The position numbers and the translations under genes were made by a program. A DNA stretch of 30,359 nucleotides. It comes from an uncultured Ruficoccus sp. (lineage in GTDB: Bacteria; Verrucomicrobiota; Verrucomicrobiia; Opitutales; Cerasicoccaceae). Every line of letters begins with the position of its first letter. The first letter of the stretch is position 1. Of this stretch, positions 17,052 through 28,026 are shown piece by piece. Location of the stretch: NCBI GenBank assembly GCA_965140785.1, contig OZ223520.1, forward strand, positions 1-30,359. The letters run 5' to 3'. The notes below the pieces were generated by a model, which searched no databases, was not told the origin of the DNA, and saw only the letters and a list, made by a program, of their open reading frames with translations.

Positions 17052-19241
17052 TCAGCGCAGCAGAATCAGGCTGCGGTGCGGTTCCAGCCTCAACGAGGCC
17101 GGCAGGGGCAATTCCGCAATGCCGCCCGTGGTCGGGTCGAGCACCGAAATCTCACCCTCGGAACCGGCGGTCACGCTCACGGCGAGATTCCCCCCGGTTC
17201 GGTTGACGAGGAAATAAATGGCCTTGTCGCCCCGGCGGTAGCGCGCCACCGCTAGTTGGTCCGTACCTTCCGGCATGAATTTCAGGTCGAAGGGAGTCCC
17301 GGTGCGCTCGTCGATTTCCCCCGGCAAGTCATCCGGCCTGAGCGGTTCGACTTCGCTCAGCCAGTAAGCAACTTTCCCGTCTTCCTCCGCGTATTCTCCG
17401 GCCTTGGGCACCGCGTCCACCCAGAGGACCACGCCGCCCGCCGTTTCGAAGGCTACAATTTTCTCCAAGACCTCCGCCGGGATGATTTCCATTTCCGGCA
17501 TCACGAGGTATTGATACGAACCGCTGCCGATCTTCATTTCGCCCTCGCCGGTGATCACGGCATCAGCCACCGCGTCGGGGTGAATGATCGTGTATTCGAT
17601 GCGGGCGTCCAGCAGGTTTTTTTCTATTGCGTCCCACTCCTGCTGACGAGCCTCGTACTCGGGCACGATCTTCGTCCAATGACGACCCTCGGGAATATAG
17701 TCGGCCTGGAACATCGCTATCGGGTAATAGAGCGCCACGCGCGCGTCCCGATCCGCACCCCGCAGGACGCTGGAGATGCGGCCCACGTAATCGTTGAACG
17801 CGCGGTAGGCTTCCGGCGTGTATCCGGCGGCCTTCGTCCGCCCGTTATCACTGGGGTCCAGCGGCAGGTAGGACGTGAACATGTTTGCGCCGTTGAGGAA
17901 GGCCATGTTGGTCGCGTTGAGCAAGAGCGGTATGGCCGGGGAAAGACGCTTGAGCCCGCCACCCCCGATAATCGGGTCGAGCAGGATGATGACGCCCTTC
18001 TGCTCTTTCCACGCCCCGACGGAACTGAACAGGCGTGTTTGCGAATAAGGGAAAGTCATAAAGCTGTCGGGATTCGGAATGCCGATGTCCAGCGCGGGCA
18101 CGTCGAACTGCGACACGAAGTGCATCAGGTCGCCGTAACTGGCCACGTGCATCGACAGATACTCGTTGAGCAGAAAATGCCCGCTGGACATCAACCCGTG
18201 GTCGTGGCACCAGTCACGGATCACGCCCGCGAAATTCTCCGCGAGCATCGCCGCCACGGTCTGCTGGAAATGAATACGAACCCGGCGCGATTCCAAGTCG
18301 TCACCGCCGTAGAGCGCGACCAGCTTCGGCATCAGATCATAGCCATGCATGGCCTCAAATCGCTCCGACAGGGCCGGATTCCACGGCACGCAGGCATAGT
18401 CCACATCGTCGAGCTTCCAGTGCAGTTCCATGAGATTCGGCTCATTGGCGTAGAAACCCTCGACTTTGGAGGCCGGGTCGTCGATCTGGGCCAGGATCGG
18501 TTCATGCATATTGGCCAGAAAACGCGCGGTCGCATCCGGATTGAGCAGGTCCGGGTAATGCCCGGTATGGCCGAACTGCTGTACGGTCGAAGCCGCCTGT
18601 CCCTGGCGCAGCACCCGCACGAACGCGCACAGCTCCCAGTCCCCTTCCAAACCCTCGGCGTCGATACGTTTTTCCTCCACCGGCACCGACCGGCCTTGAT
18701 CAAGCACTCGGACACCATCCACCACCGGATAAATTTCCGCCGATACGAAGCGTTCGCCCCAGCCGGGCAAATCAAGCGTGACGGCTTCCGCGCCGTGACC
18801 GGTCAGGCCCTTCATCGCCAACCCACGAACCTCATAGTCCGGGTTTTCCGCAACGACCCGGCCGCCCGCCATGCCGCTGGGATAACCGAAGTCATCGGCC
18901 AGCCAGACTGTCATGCCCTTGGCCTTGGCGGCGTCCACCAGCGGCCCGATCTTCGAAGGTCCATCCGGTCCCTGCTGGTAAAGCTGCTTGTAGAAAAACG
19001 CCAGGTAACCACCAATGCCGTATTGCGGGTATTTTTTCAGCGTGCCGTCGTTAAGCTCATACTGGATGATGCGGTACTCGTTGGGCGGATTCGCGAAGGC
19101 GTCCACGTCCACCGCGTATCCCGGCGACTCGGGCTTAGCCTCCGCCGACGGAGAGCACCCTGCGGTGAACACGGTCGCCGCTACGGCGAGCAGACCATTG
19201 AACCATTTCGACATCAAGGCAGGCTTAAGCAATTTAGGCAT
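17052..19241 (-). CDS. Lipoprotein glycoside hydrolase, GH106/alpha-L-rhamnosidase-like
   Basis: Lipobox-like FTAGC; FANPPNEYR, WLADDFGYPSGMAGG, NEP, WCHDHGLMSSGH motifs. Confidence 0.75.
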   Translation of the reverse strand: MPKLLKPALMSKWFNGLLAVAATVFTAGCSPSAEAKPESPGYAVDVDAFANPPNEYRIIQYELNDGTLKKYPQYGIGGYLAFFYKQLYQQGPDGPSKIGPLVDAAKAKGMTVWLADDFGYPSGMAGGRVVAENPDYEVRGLAMKGLTGHGAEAVTLDLPGWGERFVSAEIYPVVDGVRVLDQGRSVPVEEKRIDAEGLEGDWELCAFVRVLRQGQAASTVQQFGHTGHYPDLLNPDATARFLANMHEPILAQIDDPASKVEGFYANEPNLMELHWKLDDVDYACVPWNPALSERFEAMHGYDLMPKLVALYGGDDLESRRVRIHFQQTVAAMLAENFAGVIRDWCHDHGLMSSGHFLLNEYLSMHVASYGDLMHFVSQFDVPALDIGIPNPDSFMTFPYSQTRLFSSVGAWKEQKGVIILLDPIIGGGGLKRLSPAIPLLLNATNMAFLNGANMFTSYLPLDPSDNGRTKAAGYTPEAYRAFNDYVGRISSVLRGADRDARVALYYPIAMFQADYIPEGRHWTKIVPEYEARQQEWDAIEKNLLDARIEYTIIHPDAVADAVITGEGEMKIGSGSYQYLVMPEMEIIPAEVLEKIVAFETAGGVVLWVDAVPKAGEYAEEDGKVAYWLSEVEPLRPDDLPGEIDERTGTPFDLKFMPEGTDQLAVARYRRGDKAIYFLVNRTGGNLAVSVTAGSEGEISVLDPTTGGIAELPLPASLRLEPHRSLILLR

Positions 19242-19284
19242 AAAGCAAAGACAGGAAAAGGGAGGTTGTCCGAAAAGTCGCGAA

Positions 19285-20475
19285 TCAGGAAACCGCCGCC
19301 TTGGAGTGGTTCATCTGCGCGTCCGTCTCGCGTCCGTCGTGTCCGAACACGTCACGGATGGCTTCCAGATAGGCGGTACCGTTGATTTGATCCGGTTCCA
19401 GGTAACTGCCTTCGGTCCACTCGTTCCATGCGTTGATGGTCAGGAACGGATGAGGCAACTTCCTCCCTTCCAGCCACTCTTGGACGATCTCCAGCGTGCG
19501 CCGGAAATTCGTCGGGGTGTTGTCCCTGATCAGATACATGAACGGATAGCCCAGGTTGCCATAGACATCCGACTGCACCGTGCGCGGCGAGGCATCCCAG
19601 CCCATCGTGATGTTCGGGTAGTACGGCAGCGGACACTTTTTTTCCACGGTCTCCCAGTAGTTCAGATAAGTGTCGCGCACGTCGCAGTAATCGACCTCGG
19701 GGAACGCCCCGCCCGCGTAATGGTGAATCCACACGTAGGAGGTCACGCTGGAAAAACCCAACGACTCCACCACCGCAGCCGTGTCCAGCGCGACACTTTC
19801 GCCCGGCAGGATGGCGTTCGTGTACACCACGGCGTTCAGGTGCAGGTCGGGAAAGCCCGCCGCCCGGACCTTTTCGCGGAAGCGATCCATCATCCGGCGC
19901 GTCTGATCCTGCCCGCCAAAGCCCGCGATGAGACGGTCGAGCGCGTAGATCGAAAAATACGGCGCTCCGTCCATCGTCCAATAGGACGGGTGGGTGAAAT
20001 ACGTCTCGATGCAATAGTCGATGATCCGGTCAAAAGTCCGCATTGTCACTGCGCCCGGGTAGAGCAGAGGAGCCACTTCGAGCGGCGAGCGCGTGTATTT
20101 GGTCGGATGGATGTCGATCCAGTCATGGTTGGCCCACATCAGGGCGAACTTGAGCCGGCCGTTGTTCGGGGCGTTGAGGAATCCTTCATCCAACGCGCGT
20201 TGCAGGAAAGGCCCGTCGTCATACCAGTACCAGTCGAAGATGAACGCATCGACCGCATGATCGGCCGCCAAGTCGATCTTCGAGGCCATGACCATGGGAT
20301 CGGCTTCGTCGGTGTAACCGGACATCGGCACCCGCGGCTGCCGGTGTCCGGGAAAGCGGGGGCCGGCCCTTTTCACCAGTTCCCACTCGGTCCAACCGGG
20401 TCCGTGGACCTTCTCGTTGCGGGAATCAACGTGGTAATTCGGGAAATAATAAGCGGCGACTTGAGGTGTCCTCAT
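19285..20475 (-). CDS. GH99-like/WbsX-family protein
   Basis: AYYFPNYH, WTEWELV, FIFDWYW, FALMWANHDW, GWDASPR, INAWNEWTEGSYLEPD. Confidence 0.88.
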   Translation of the reverse strand: MRTPQVAAYYFPNYHVDSRNEKVHGPGWTEWELVKRAGPRFPGHRQPRVPMSGYTDEADPMVMASKIDLAADHAVDAFIFDWYWYDDGPFLQRALDEGFLNAPNNGRLKFALMWANHDWIDIHPTKYTRSPLEVAPLLYPGAVTMRTFDRIIDYCIETYFTHPSYWTMDGAPYFSIYALDRLIAGFGGQDQTRRMMDRFREKVRAAGFPDLHLNAVVYTNAILPGESVALDTAAVVESLGFSSVTSYVWIHHYAGGAFPEVDYCDVRDTYLNYWETVEKKCPLPYYPNITMGWDASPRTVQSDVYGNLGYPFMYLIRDNTPTNFRRTLEIVQEWLEGRKLPHPFLTINAWNEWTEGSYLEPDQINGTAYLEAIRDVFGHDGRETDAQMNHSKAAVS

Positions 20476-20776
20476 AAGCAGGATTGGAGAATACCAAAGC
20501 GCGCGACTTTACGCCTTCACTGCGCTGCCAATAACCAGCACGAATGTGCCTGTCTGGGGGACAGATCACTCATCGTGATCCACCATGACGGCGGTCAAAG
20601 AGCGGAGCCCCCATGCAAGCGAGAAGGCCAACCACCCAATACCGCACTGCGAATTATCCAACAAACACAAGGGAAGCAACAGGAAGTCCCCCTAAAGCAG
20701 CAACAGGGCACCCCCTAATCAAGGTGCCATGCGACATGCCAATATCGGATCGATACCGAACCGAAAAGGAAACTTC

Positions 20777-22195
20777 TTAACGGCTCCGGCGGCGACGAAT
20801 GCCATAGGCCAGTCCCAGGGAGGCCAGGACCATGGCCAGCGAAACCGCGGAGGGTTCTGGAATGGCCGTCAGCGTCCCGGTCGCTTCAGAGAAGCTCCAG
20901 TTGCCGTCGTTGCTGGTCCACACACCGCTGTTTTCGCTGAAGGTCAGCGTGCCAAACCGATCCTGCACGGCGGACAAAGCGACCGTGGAACCGCTGGCGA
21001 GCGAAGGCACGTCGATCAGCACCCAAGAACCGGTCGCACCCGTGAAACTGCTTAGGTCGAGAATCATCGTGCCCGTGTAGCTCAGCAGACCCGTGCCGAC
21101 AATCTGCGTATTCGCCGAATCGCCCACGCTGAAAACCATGGAATTCTGAATGTCGAGCGTGCCGCTGGCGTTCACCGTCACGCTGCTGCCGTTGATCGTG
21201 CCGGCGCCTTTCACGGTCAAAGTGCCACCATTGATGACCGTGTCCCCGGTGTAGTCATTTGCGCTCCAGTAGATGAGATCACCGTCACCGTTTTTGACAA
21301 CACCACCGGTTCCCGAAATGCCAACTCCGCCATTAATTTCCTTGTTGGTGGCGTCGTAGGCGGTCACGTCGAAGGTCACGTCCTTGCCCGCGCTCAGATT
21401 GATCGATCCCCCGCTCATTGTCGCGTTGCCGCCACTGTCGTTTTTAATGATGCGGGCTCCGCTACCGGCGCTGACGATCACGTTATTGGTGAAGTTTCCG
21501 TTCCAGAAGGAACCGATCTGGAGGGTCGCGTCGTCCGCACCGCCGCTCTGCCCAATCACGAAATTCCCCGTCCCGGTCGCCCGGTTGTCGTTATAGACGA
21601 GCACCGTTCCCTGGTTGATGTTCACGTTGCCGGAGAAATTCTCCCCGTTGCGCCGCAGGACAAACGTGCCAGCGCCATATTTATTGATATTGCTGGAACC
21701 ATTGAACGTAGAATCGATGTAGAGATTCGCGGTGGTGGAGTTTTGGTAGATGTCCATATCCGTCTGGAACACGACCGTACCGGCAGAACTTCCATCCTCC
21801 GTTCCGACATAAACCGACTTGGTCAGGCCGGAGCCCATCGTGATGGAAGCATTGCCGGTCCCCCCATCCATGTAGAGGACCGCTCCGCCACTGCCGATCG
21901 TCGTCAACGCACGGACCTGAAAAAGGCTACCAGTACTGGTCAGGCTGTCGCCGAACTCCAGGGAGCGAATCTGCCGGCTCGCTCCGAGGTAGGTGACATA
22001 AGCATCCCCCATGTCGTTGTTGAAGACGAGATCGGCGCTGGTATTGAAGACCGGAGAGGTATCCCAGTTGGTGGAGGTACCCCAACTGCCATTCGTCGTT
22101 CCGACCCAGTTGTAGGTGGTACCGAACGCACCTGGCGTTCCCAGAGTAAGCAACGCGACGGAGGCCGCAAATATACACAGGTTTCTAGATTTCAT
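20777..22195 (-). CDS. PEP-CTERM surface protein with autotransporter-associated beta-strand repeats
   Basis: Signal peptide; KYGAGTFVL..N.SGNVNINQGT and KNGDGDL..NDYTGDTVINGGTL repeats; C-terminal IPEPS, hydrophobic helix, RRRRSR. Confidence 0.93.
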   Translation of the reverse strand: MKSRNLCIFAASVALLTLGTPGAFGTTYNWVGTTNGSWGTSTNWDTSPVFNTSADLVFNNDMGDAYVTYLGASRQIRSLEFGDSLTSTGSLFQVRALTTIGSGGAVLYMDGGTGNASITMGSGLTKSVYVGTEDGSSAGTVVFQTDMDIYQNSTTANLYIDSTFNGSSNINKYGAGTFVLRRNGENFSGNVNINQGTVLVYNDNRATGTGNFVIGQSGGADDATLQIGSFWNGNFTNNVIVSAGSGARIIKNDSGGNATMSGGSINLSAGKDVTFDVTAYDATNKEINGGVGISGTGGVVKNGDGDLIYWSANDYTGDTVINGGTLTVKGAGTINGSSVTVNASGTLDIQNSMVFSVGDSANTQIVGTGLLSYTGTMILDLSSFTGATGSWVLIDVPSLASGSTVALSAVQDRFGTLTFSENSGVWTSNDGNWSFSEATGTLTAIPEPSAVSLAMVLASLGLAYGIRRRRSR

Positions 22196-22416
22196 AATAT
22201 GGGGTATAGGATGGGAGTTAAGTATTGTCGGCTTTACCGATTATGCGGAATCATTTTAGCACCCTGTGTCCCCTTTGTTCCATAAATCGCGTGCCAACCT
22301 TCAGCACAAACATGCCACAAGAGATGAATCCTTCATTTTCGATTTTGAAGGACCATGATGCTTTACTCTGAAAAGGCATGGGACGACACCATTACGGGTA
22401 AAGTGCTGCCCCCCGG

Positions 22417-23319
22417 TCACTCCTGCCCGGTGGCCTTAGCGATCGCCTGGAAGCGGCTGCGGATGTCGCTGAGTTTTCCGAGGGTAAGGTAAGCGGTGTA
22501 TTCGAAGCGCATGGGATGGTCAAAGGCGAAACTGCGGATCGGCGCAAAATACGAACAGGCGTCGCCGTCACTGCCGGTGCTCCCCGATCCCTCGTAGCGA
22601 TAGGCGGTGATCTGCGTCACGCCGGGCACATAAACGCCAACACCCCAGTCCCGCTTGTCGGTGTAGGCTGCCCAGTTCTCGGTGATGCTGTAGTATTCGT
22701 TGGGCCAATCCGGCTGGATGGTCTTGACCTCGCCGCCGCTCCAGGGCTTATCACCGTCATAAAACTTCAGGTATGGCAGCGCCGCGTCAATAAAGACAGC
22801 CGGGGTTTCCTGATGCATCACCGGGTGTTTCGTATCGCCCTCATAGGTTATGACGAAGCGGACTTCCGCGACATCGCCGTTAAGGGTGATGGTCTCCTCC
22901 ATGATAACCGCCTTTAGCAGTTCGCCCGTGGCCCAGTGACGGGGGCGGGTCTTTACGTAAAGCCGGTTGTCGTCATTTTTCCACTCCAGCACCTCCGAAG
23001 CGTTGTTTTTATAATCGCCGCCCTGCACCGGGTTCCAACGCCAAGGCTGGTCTCCCCAAAACGAGCCGTCCTCCTCTCCGTAGTATGACTGCTTGATCAG
23101 CCGTCCCCGATCCCAGGTGTTGAGCAGGTTTTTATGGTTACGGCCCTCGCCGAAATAGCAGATACCGCCACCCGACTCCAAGTCAATGCCGATCCGCAAC
23201 TACCCGTTGCGAATAAACTGTTGACTGCGGTCAGAGGCCGTAGACGAAAGCGCAAACGAGAAGAGTCCGACCAGCAGGCCCAACAGCGCACGAGAGGAGT
23301 ATTCGTATCGAATTTTCAT
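22417..23319 (-). pseudogene. Conserved secreted hypothetical protein with an in-frame TAG after the signal peptide
   Basis: ATG 23319 reads MKIRYEYSSRALLGLLVGLFSFALSSTAS..FIRNG*LRIGID, in frame with ORF 23199-22417; TAG at 23200-23202. Confidence 0.75.
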
Positions 23320-23351
23320 GACAAATGACTGGCTTGACTGATAAGCGGAAT

Positions 23352-26300
23352 TCACACCACTTGCGGCACGGAGCGCAAGCCGACCGGCACCAACTGATGC
23401 TGATCGGACCAGGCCTCGCCCTCGGAGCGGAAACTGCGAGGGCCGATGCTGTTCTGCTCAATCGGCATCAGATGCAGCGGACCGAAGGTGTTGCGGCGCG
23501 TGAGCACGCACTCGACCACGACCTTGCCGTCGTCATTGACCAGGCCGTTGAGCGCGGTCTCGAAGGGAGCCCACGGCAGGACTTGGCGCGCTGAACCGCC
23601 CGGATGGCGCACCGCGAGCGTCGCCGCGCCGACGGGGGCCAGGCACAGGCGGCGCGCGCTCCCGACGGGAACCGTGAGGTCGATCCGGCCCGAGTAAAAG
23701 GGCAGGCCCTGCGCGGTCCAGTCGCCCGGAAGCAGGCGCCGGGGACGGGCCGTCAGCGTGACCTGCCCTTCCCCCGCGCGCACCCCGAAGTCACCCCAGC
23801 AGATAAATTGCTTCCAGCTCCAGGCCCGGTTCAAAGTTCGTTTCAAGCACCAGTTCGTTCGCGCCCGGGATCAGGGACTCGGCAGGCAAGGGCAGCGTTC
23901 GCAGGCACGGGTCGATCAGCCAGCCGGTCGTTTCCGGCACGGGCACGGGCGTCCCGTTGAGGCGGATGCGGTAGCGTTCCGGCTGTTCCAACATCAGACG
24001 GACCTCCCCTTCCGGGCAACACTCGACTGTGAAATCGAAGCGCAAACGGATCGGCAACGATGGCCCGGATGGGCCTTTTCGTGCCGCCCACGGCTGGACC
24101 ATTTCGCCGCCGCGCAACGGAATGCCCGTGAGGTCGCACAGAGATTTCTCCACCTGGAGAATCTCCCGTCGGCTCTGCCAGGGTGCGTCCCCGGCCCCCG
24201 TCGCGAAACTCGCCATGTCGAGCACCGCGAGGTTCGGCTCGTCCAGTTCGTAGACGAACCCGTCCGGCGCATCGACATCGCCCCAGGCCTCCGGCGCGGG
24301 TGCGGGAGGCAACGGCGGGAGCGCGTCAGGCAGGTCTTTTCCGACAAGATAAATACGCTCCTGCAAGGGACGCAGCGAGGCGGTCCAGCGCAGCGTGCCG
24401 TCCGACGCCCCGGCCGTTTCGACACGGCGCGTCGTCCCGCTCAGGCAATCCATTTCCAGCACCGGACCCCGACCCGCGAAGGTAACTTCCGTCGCCGGGT
24501 AATCCCGCGTCTCGGAGGGGTTGAGCAACGCCACGACGTGCGCGCCGTCCTCGCACCGGACCTGACTGAAGAGACCTTCGCCATGCTCGTCCAGTCGGAG
24601 CATCCGGCTGACGGCGCTGCCCGCGCGCACGGCTTCGGTCAACGCCCTTCGCTCCAGCGGCACGGCGACGGCCTCCCGGCGGAAAGTATTCGCCTCCTCC
24701 GAGGGCACGGCACCGACGTGCGTCGCGGCCTCCCCGGCGAACACCACGCGGCCCCCGGCCCGCTGAAAACGCTTCAGCAGGTCGAGTGTCGTGCCGCGCA
24801 TCGTCTCCATCCCGGCGACAACCATCACCCGGTAACGCATCGGCCCGAGCACCAGCTCACCGGTCTGCGCGTCAATGGACGCGCGACGGGCCAGGTGTTC
24901 CTCGTCGCCGTAGTCGAAGTCGATCTGCGCGCCGCTGAGCCAGGTGAAAACGTCGGTGAAAATTTTCTCCAGCGCGAGCACGTCCGGGTCCACCGCACGC
25001 AGCCAAGTCGCCCAGCCCACGCGCGCCTGCGCCCAGAGACTTTCCACCGGATGGACCACGAGCACGTCGCACAGCGGCGTACCGGCCTGCATCAGCACGT
25101 TGAAGCGGCTGAAATAGGTCTCGACCGCCTCGTATTCTCGCCACCAGGACGACTGGAACGAGATGCTCGCCGGGTAGTCGCGCTTGGCCTCGCCCGCCAT
25201 CGAGTACCAGCTCAGGTGGTGGCAGCGCAGGTTGATCCCGAAGAGCGCCTGCCAGTCGCCAATGCGCTTGTGGTCCTCGAAAGTCGTCTGCCAGCCGCTG
25301 CATCCGTACAGCTCGGACATCATCCAGGGCTTGCCGAACTGGCGCGCCACCGAGGCCAGTTGTTTGACCACGTAATAGTTCGTGTTGCGAAGGCCCAGCA
25401 CGTCCACGCCGGGACAGTCGAAGTGCTCGTAATAGCGCAAGAGCGAACCGCAGGGAACCGCCTGCGCTGCCAGCGAATCCTCGTGCAGCGCATGGCCGGT
25501 CAACTGAAGGCCCAGTGCGTGGCATCGCGCCAACATGGGCTTGGCCCAGTGGTCCATGAACAGACGCTGGCAGATTTCCAGATACTGCCACTTGACCGGA
25601 CTCAGACGTTCCTCCGGAGAAGGTCGCAAAAAAAGTTCCGGCAGCCGCGTGCGTAGGTCGTAGCCGAAGGCCTCGGTAAACGCGTCCCACAGGCGCGGCG
25701 TCCAAGGCGTGACGGCTGCGGTGTCACCGCCCGCGCCCGGTTGTCCGTGCCAGTCGCAAAAGACAAAGCCCCGGCTCGGCTCGTCGGTGAAGATGCCCTT
25801 GATACTATGTCCGATCCGGTCACCGCACGCCTTTTGATAGGCGTCGTGCGTGATGTGCAGGTAGTGTTCCGTGGCCTCCCCGCACATCGTGTCGAGGTAG
25901 GTCTGGCCGTTGTAAAACGAGTGCCCTTCGGCCTCCTCCCAGGAGAAAATCAGCAGACAATGACCGGGCGTGACCGGCGTTTTTCCCACGCGCCACGGCC
26001 ACGTAGCCGCCGGTCAGTGTCAGCCCGTCCAACGGCGCGGCGAAGGCCCCGACAAAGTGCTCCGCGTCCGGCCAGTCCGGCGTCGCCGCTATGGCGTCCG
26101 GCGAGGCTGATTTCACGATGTGCAAGCGGAGGTATTTCGCACGGAAACGGGAATCGGTCGTCGCCAGCCCGCCCGCGGAACCGCTTGGCCAGCGGTCCTC
26201 GTCGTAGAGCCAGCCTTCCAAACCAAGAGCCTCGGCCTCGTCGGCCCCCGCGTTGATGCACGCGAACCATTCCTCGCCCAGGTAAGGCGTCACCAGCCCG

Positions 26301-26457
26301 GTGCGTGAGTGCATGAAATAGCCCCCCATGCCCATCTCTTGGAAGATGCGCGCCTGACGCTTCAGCTCCTCCGGCTCCAATACGCCGTTCCAGCTCCAGA
26401 ACGGCTTTCCACGAAATGACGCCGGAGGCGTCTGCCAGTTGCTAAAAAATCAGTCAT
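23352..26457 (-). pseudogene. Large GH106-like glycoside hydrolase, split by three frameshifts
   Basis: PPASFRGKPFWSWNG, GGYFMHSRTGL, WLYDEDRWPSG, GIFTDEP, MSELYGCSGW, KRDYPASI, IYLLGDFG, GLPFYSG, RRNTFGPLH. Shifts near 26440, 25985 and 23795. Confidence 0.85.
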
Positions 26458-26465
26458 AATTGGAT

Positions 26466-27965
26466 TCAAGAGGGATCGGAGGCGTGATGAATCTCCGCGC
26501 GTGTGGCGCGCAGGCGGGCTTGGATTTCGTGCAGGCGCTCGCGATTGAGCGAGTAGTGCCGAAAAATCCAGAACGCGCCTAACAGGCAAGCAGAAGGGAA
26601 CAAGGCGATGAACACCCTCATACGCAGGATGGTCTCCGCGCTCATCAGGTCGGCACCCGCCTCGTAGCCGATCAGCCAGAGAATCAGGCCCAGCATCATA
26701 GCGATGCCCGAGAACGCCATCTTGACCACAAAGCCGAAAAATGCCGCGAACATGCCCTCGCGCCGATAACCGTTGAGCAGTTCGTCCTCGTCGCAGATGT
26801 CCGCGATGAAGGCCCCGTTGAGCAGCCAGCACGCGCTCATACCAAAGCCCACCAGCGCGGCCAGGACCAATTGCAGGAATGGGCAGGCGGGATTAAGTAG
26901 CAGCCATGTGCCGAAGATCGCCGCCGCCGCCAGGGCGAGCCCCGCCATCAGCACCTGTTTTTTGTCGAAGCGACGCACCAGCACCGGAATGATAAACGAG
27001 GAGACAATACCCGTCACACCGCCCACCGTACCATAGAGCCCGTTCCAGGTTGCCGCCGTGGACTTATCCCCCCCGAAAACGTAAAAGACGTTGGCGTAAG
27101 TCACCAGCACGCCCATGAAATACATGCCGGTAATCACGAGGAAAATCATCACACACAGTGTCCGAAACGAGCGGTTCTTGAGCGCTAACAGGCCCGACCG
27201 CAGCATGTTGAGCTTCGGGATGCTCTTAACCGAGAGCTTTTCACGAGTGAACAGGAACACCGGCAGCGCCGTCAACACGATCGCCGCCGCCATCAGCCAG
27301 GCGACGTAGCGCGCCCCGATCACCTCGACCTTGACGTTGCCATCGGAGGCCATCTGCGCGACCGGCGACAGGATAGGGGCATACCAGACGGGCACTTCCG
27401 CGGTCAGCGCGCCGCGCACGTGCTCTCCGACCATCAGGCACAGTTTGTAAAGCCATGGGATGAGGAACGTCGCCACCGAAGAAAACAGCATACGGTATTT
27501 TTGCAGGTCGGCACGATCGTCGTAGTCTTCCGCCAGTTCGAGCCCAAGCGCCGTGTAGGGCACCGAGAACATTGTGTACATCAGGTAGAAGAAGATACAT
27601 GCGACGACCGCGTAGGCGAACAGCACGCCGCCGCTCCAGTAAGGCGAAGCCATGTAGGAAATCGCGAACGCGCCGGCCATCAGGATGCCTCCGGCCAGGA
27701 TAAACGGGCGGCGACGCCCGAAACGGCTCCGGCAGTTGTCGGAAATATTGCCCATGAGCGGGTCCGAGACCATGTCCACGAAACGCGGGATCGACACCGC
27801 CCAGCCGACCAGCACAGAACTCAGCCCCAACCCGATATTGAAAATCGGCACGAAGATATTGTTCAGGCCATTCGAGGCGAGTTGATCACTCAACCCGCCC
27901 ATGCCCCAGGCCAGTTTCTCCTTGAGGGAAAGTTTTTTGCTCTCAGTTGCCATCGAGTCACTCAT
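26466..27965 (-). CDS. MFS glycoside-pentoside-hexuronide (MelB-like) symporter
   Basis: DPLMGNISD..RSRFGRRRPF, VPYTALG.EL, ADICDEDEL..G.RREG; about 12 hydrophobic segments. Confidence 0.93.
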   Translation of the reverse strand: MSDSMATESKKLSLKEKLAWGMGGLSDQLASNGLNNIFVPIFNIGLGLSSVLVGWAVSIPRFVDMVSDPLMGNISDNCRSRFGRRRPFILAGGILMAGAFAISYMASPYWSGGVLFAYAVVACIFFYLMYTMFSVPYTALGLELAEDYDDRADLQKYRMLFSSVATFLIPWLYKLCLMVGEHVRGALTAEVPVWYAPILSPVAQMASDGNVKVEVIGARYVAWLMAAAIVLTALPVFLFTREKLSVKSIPKLNMLRSGLLALKNRSFRTLCVMIFLVITGMYFMGVLVTYANVFYVFGGDKSTAATWNGLYGTVGGVTGIVSSFIIPVLVRRFDKKQVLMAGLALAAAAIFGTWLLLNPACPFLQLVLAALVGFGMSACWLLNGAFIADICDEDELLNGYRREGMFAAFFGFVVKMAFSGIAMMLGLILWLIGYEAGADLMSAETILRMRVFIALFPSACLLGAFWIFRHYSLNRERLHEIQARLRATRAEIHHASDPS

Positions 27966-28026
27966 GCATCAAAGCCGTTGAGAACGGCGACGGGAACCGC
28001 CCGCCGTCGTTTTATCGTCATGGAAA

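Noticed and set aside
17256..20718. Long + strand ORFs of 709 and 567 aa
   Set aside because: Antisense shadows of well-supported minus-strand glycoside hydrolases; expected from GC-rich codon bias; no motifs.
23758..25656. 632-aa + strand ORF
   Set aside because: Antisense to the GH106-like gene; Arg/Gly-rich with no recognisable domain.
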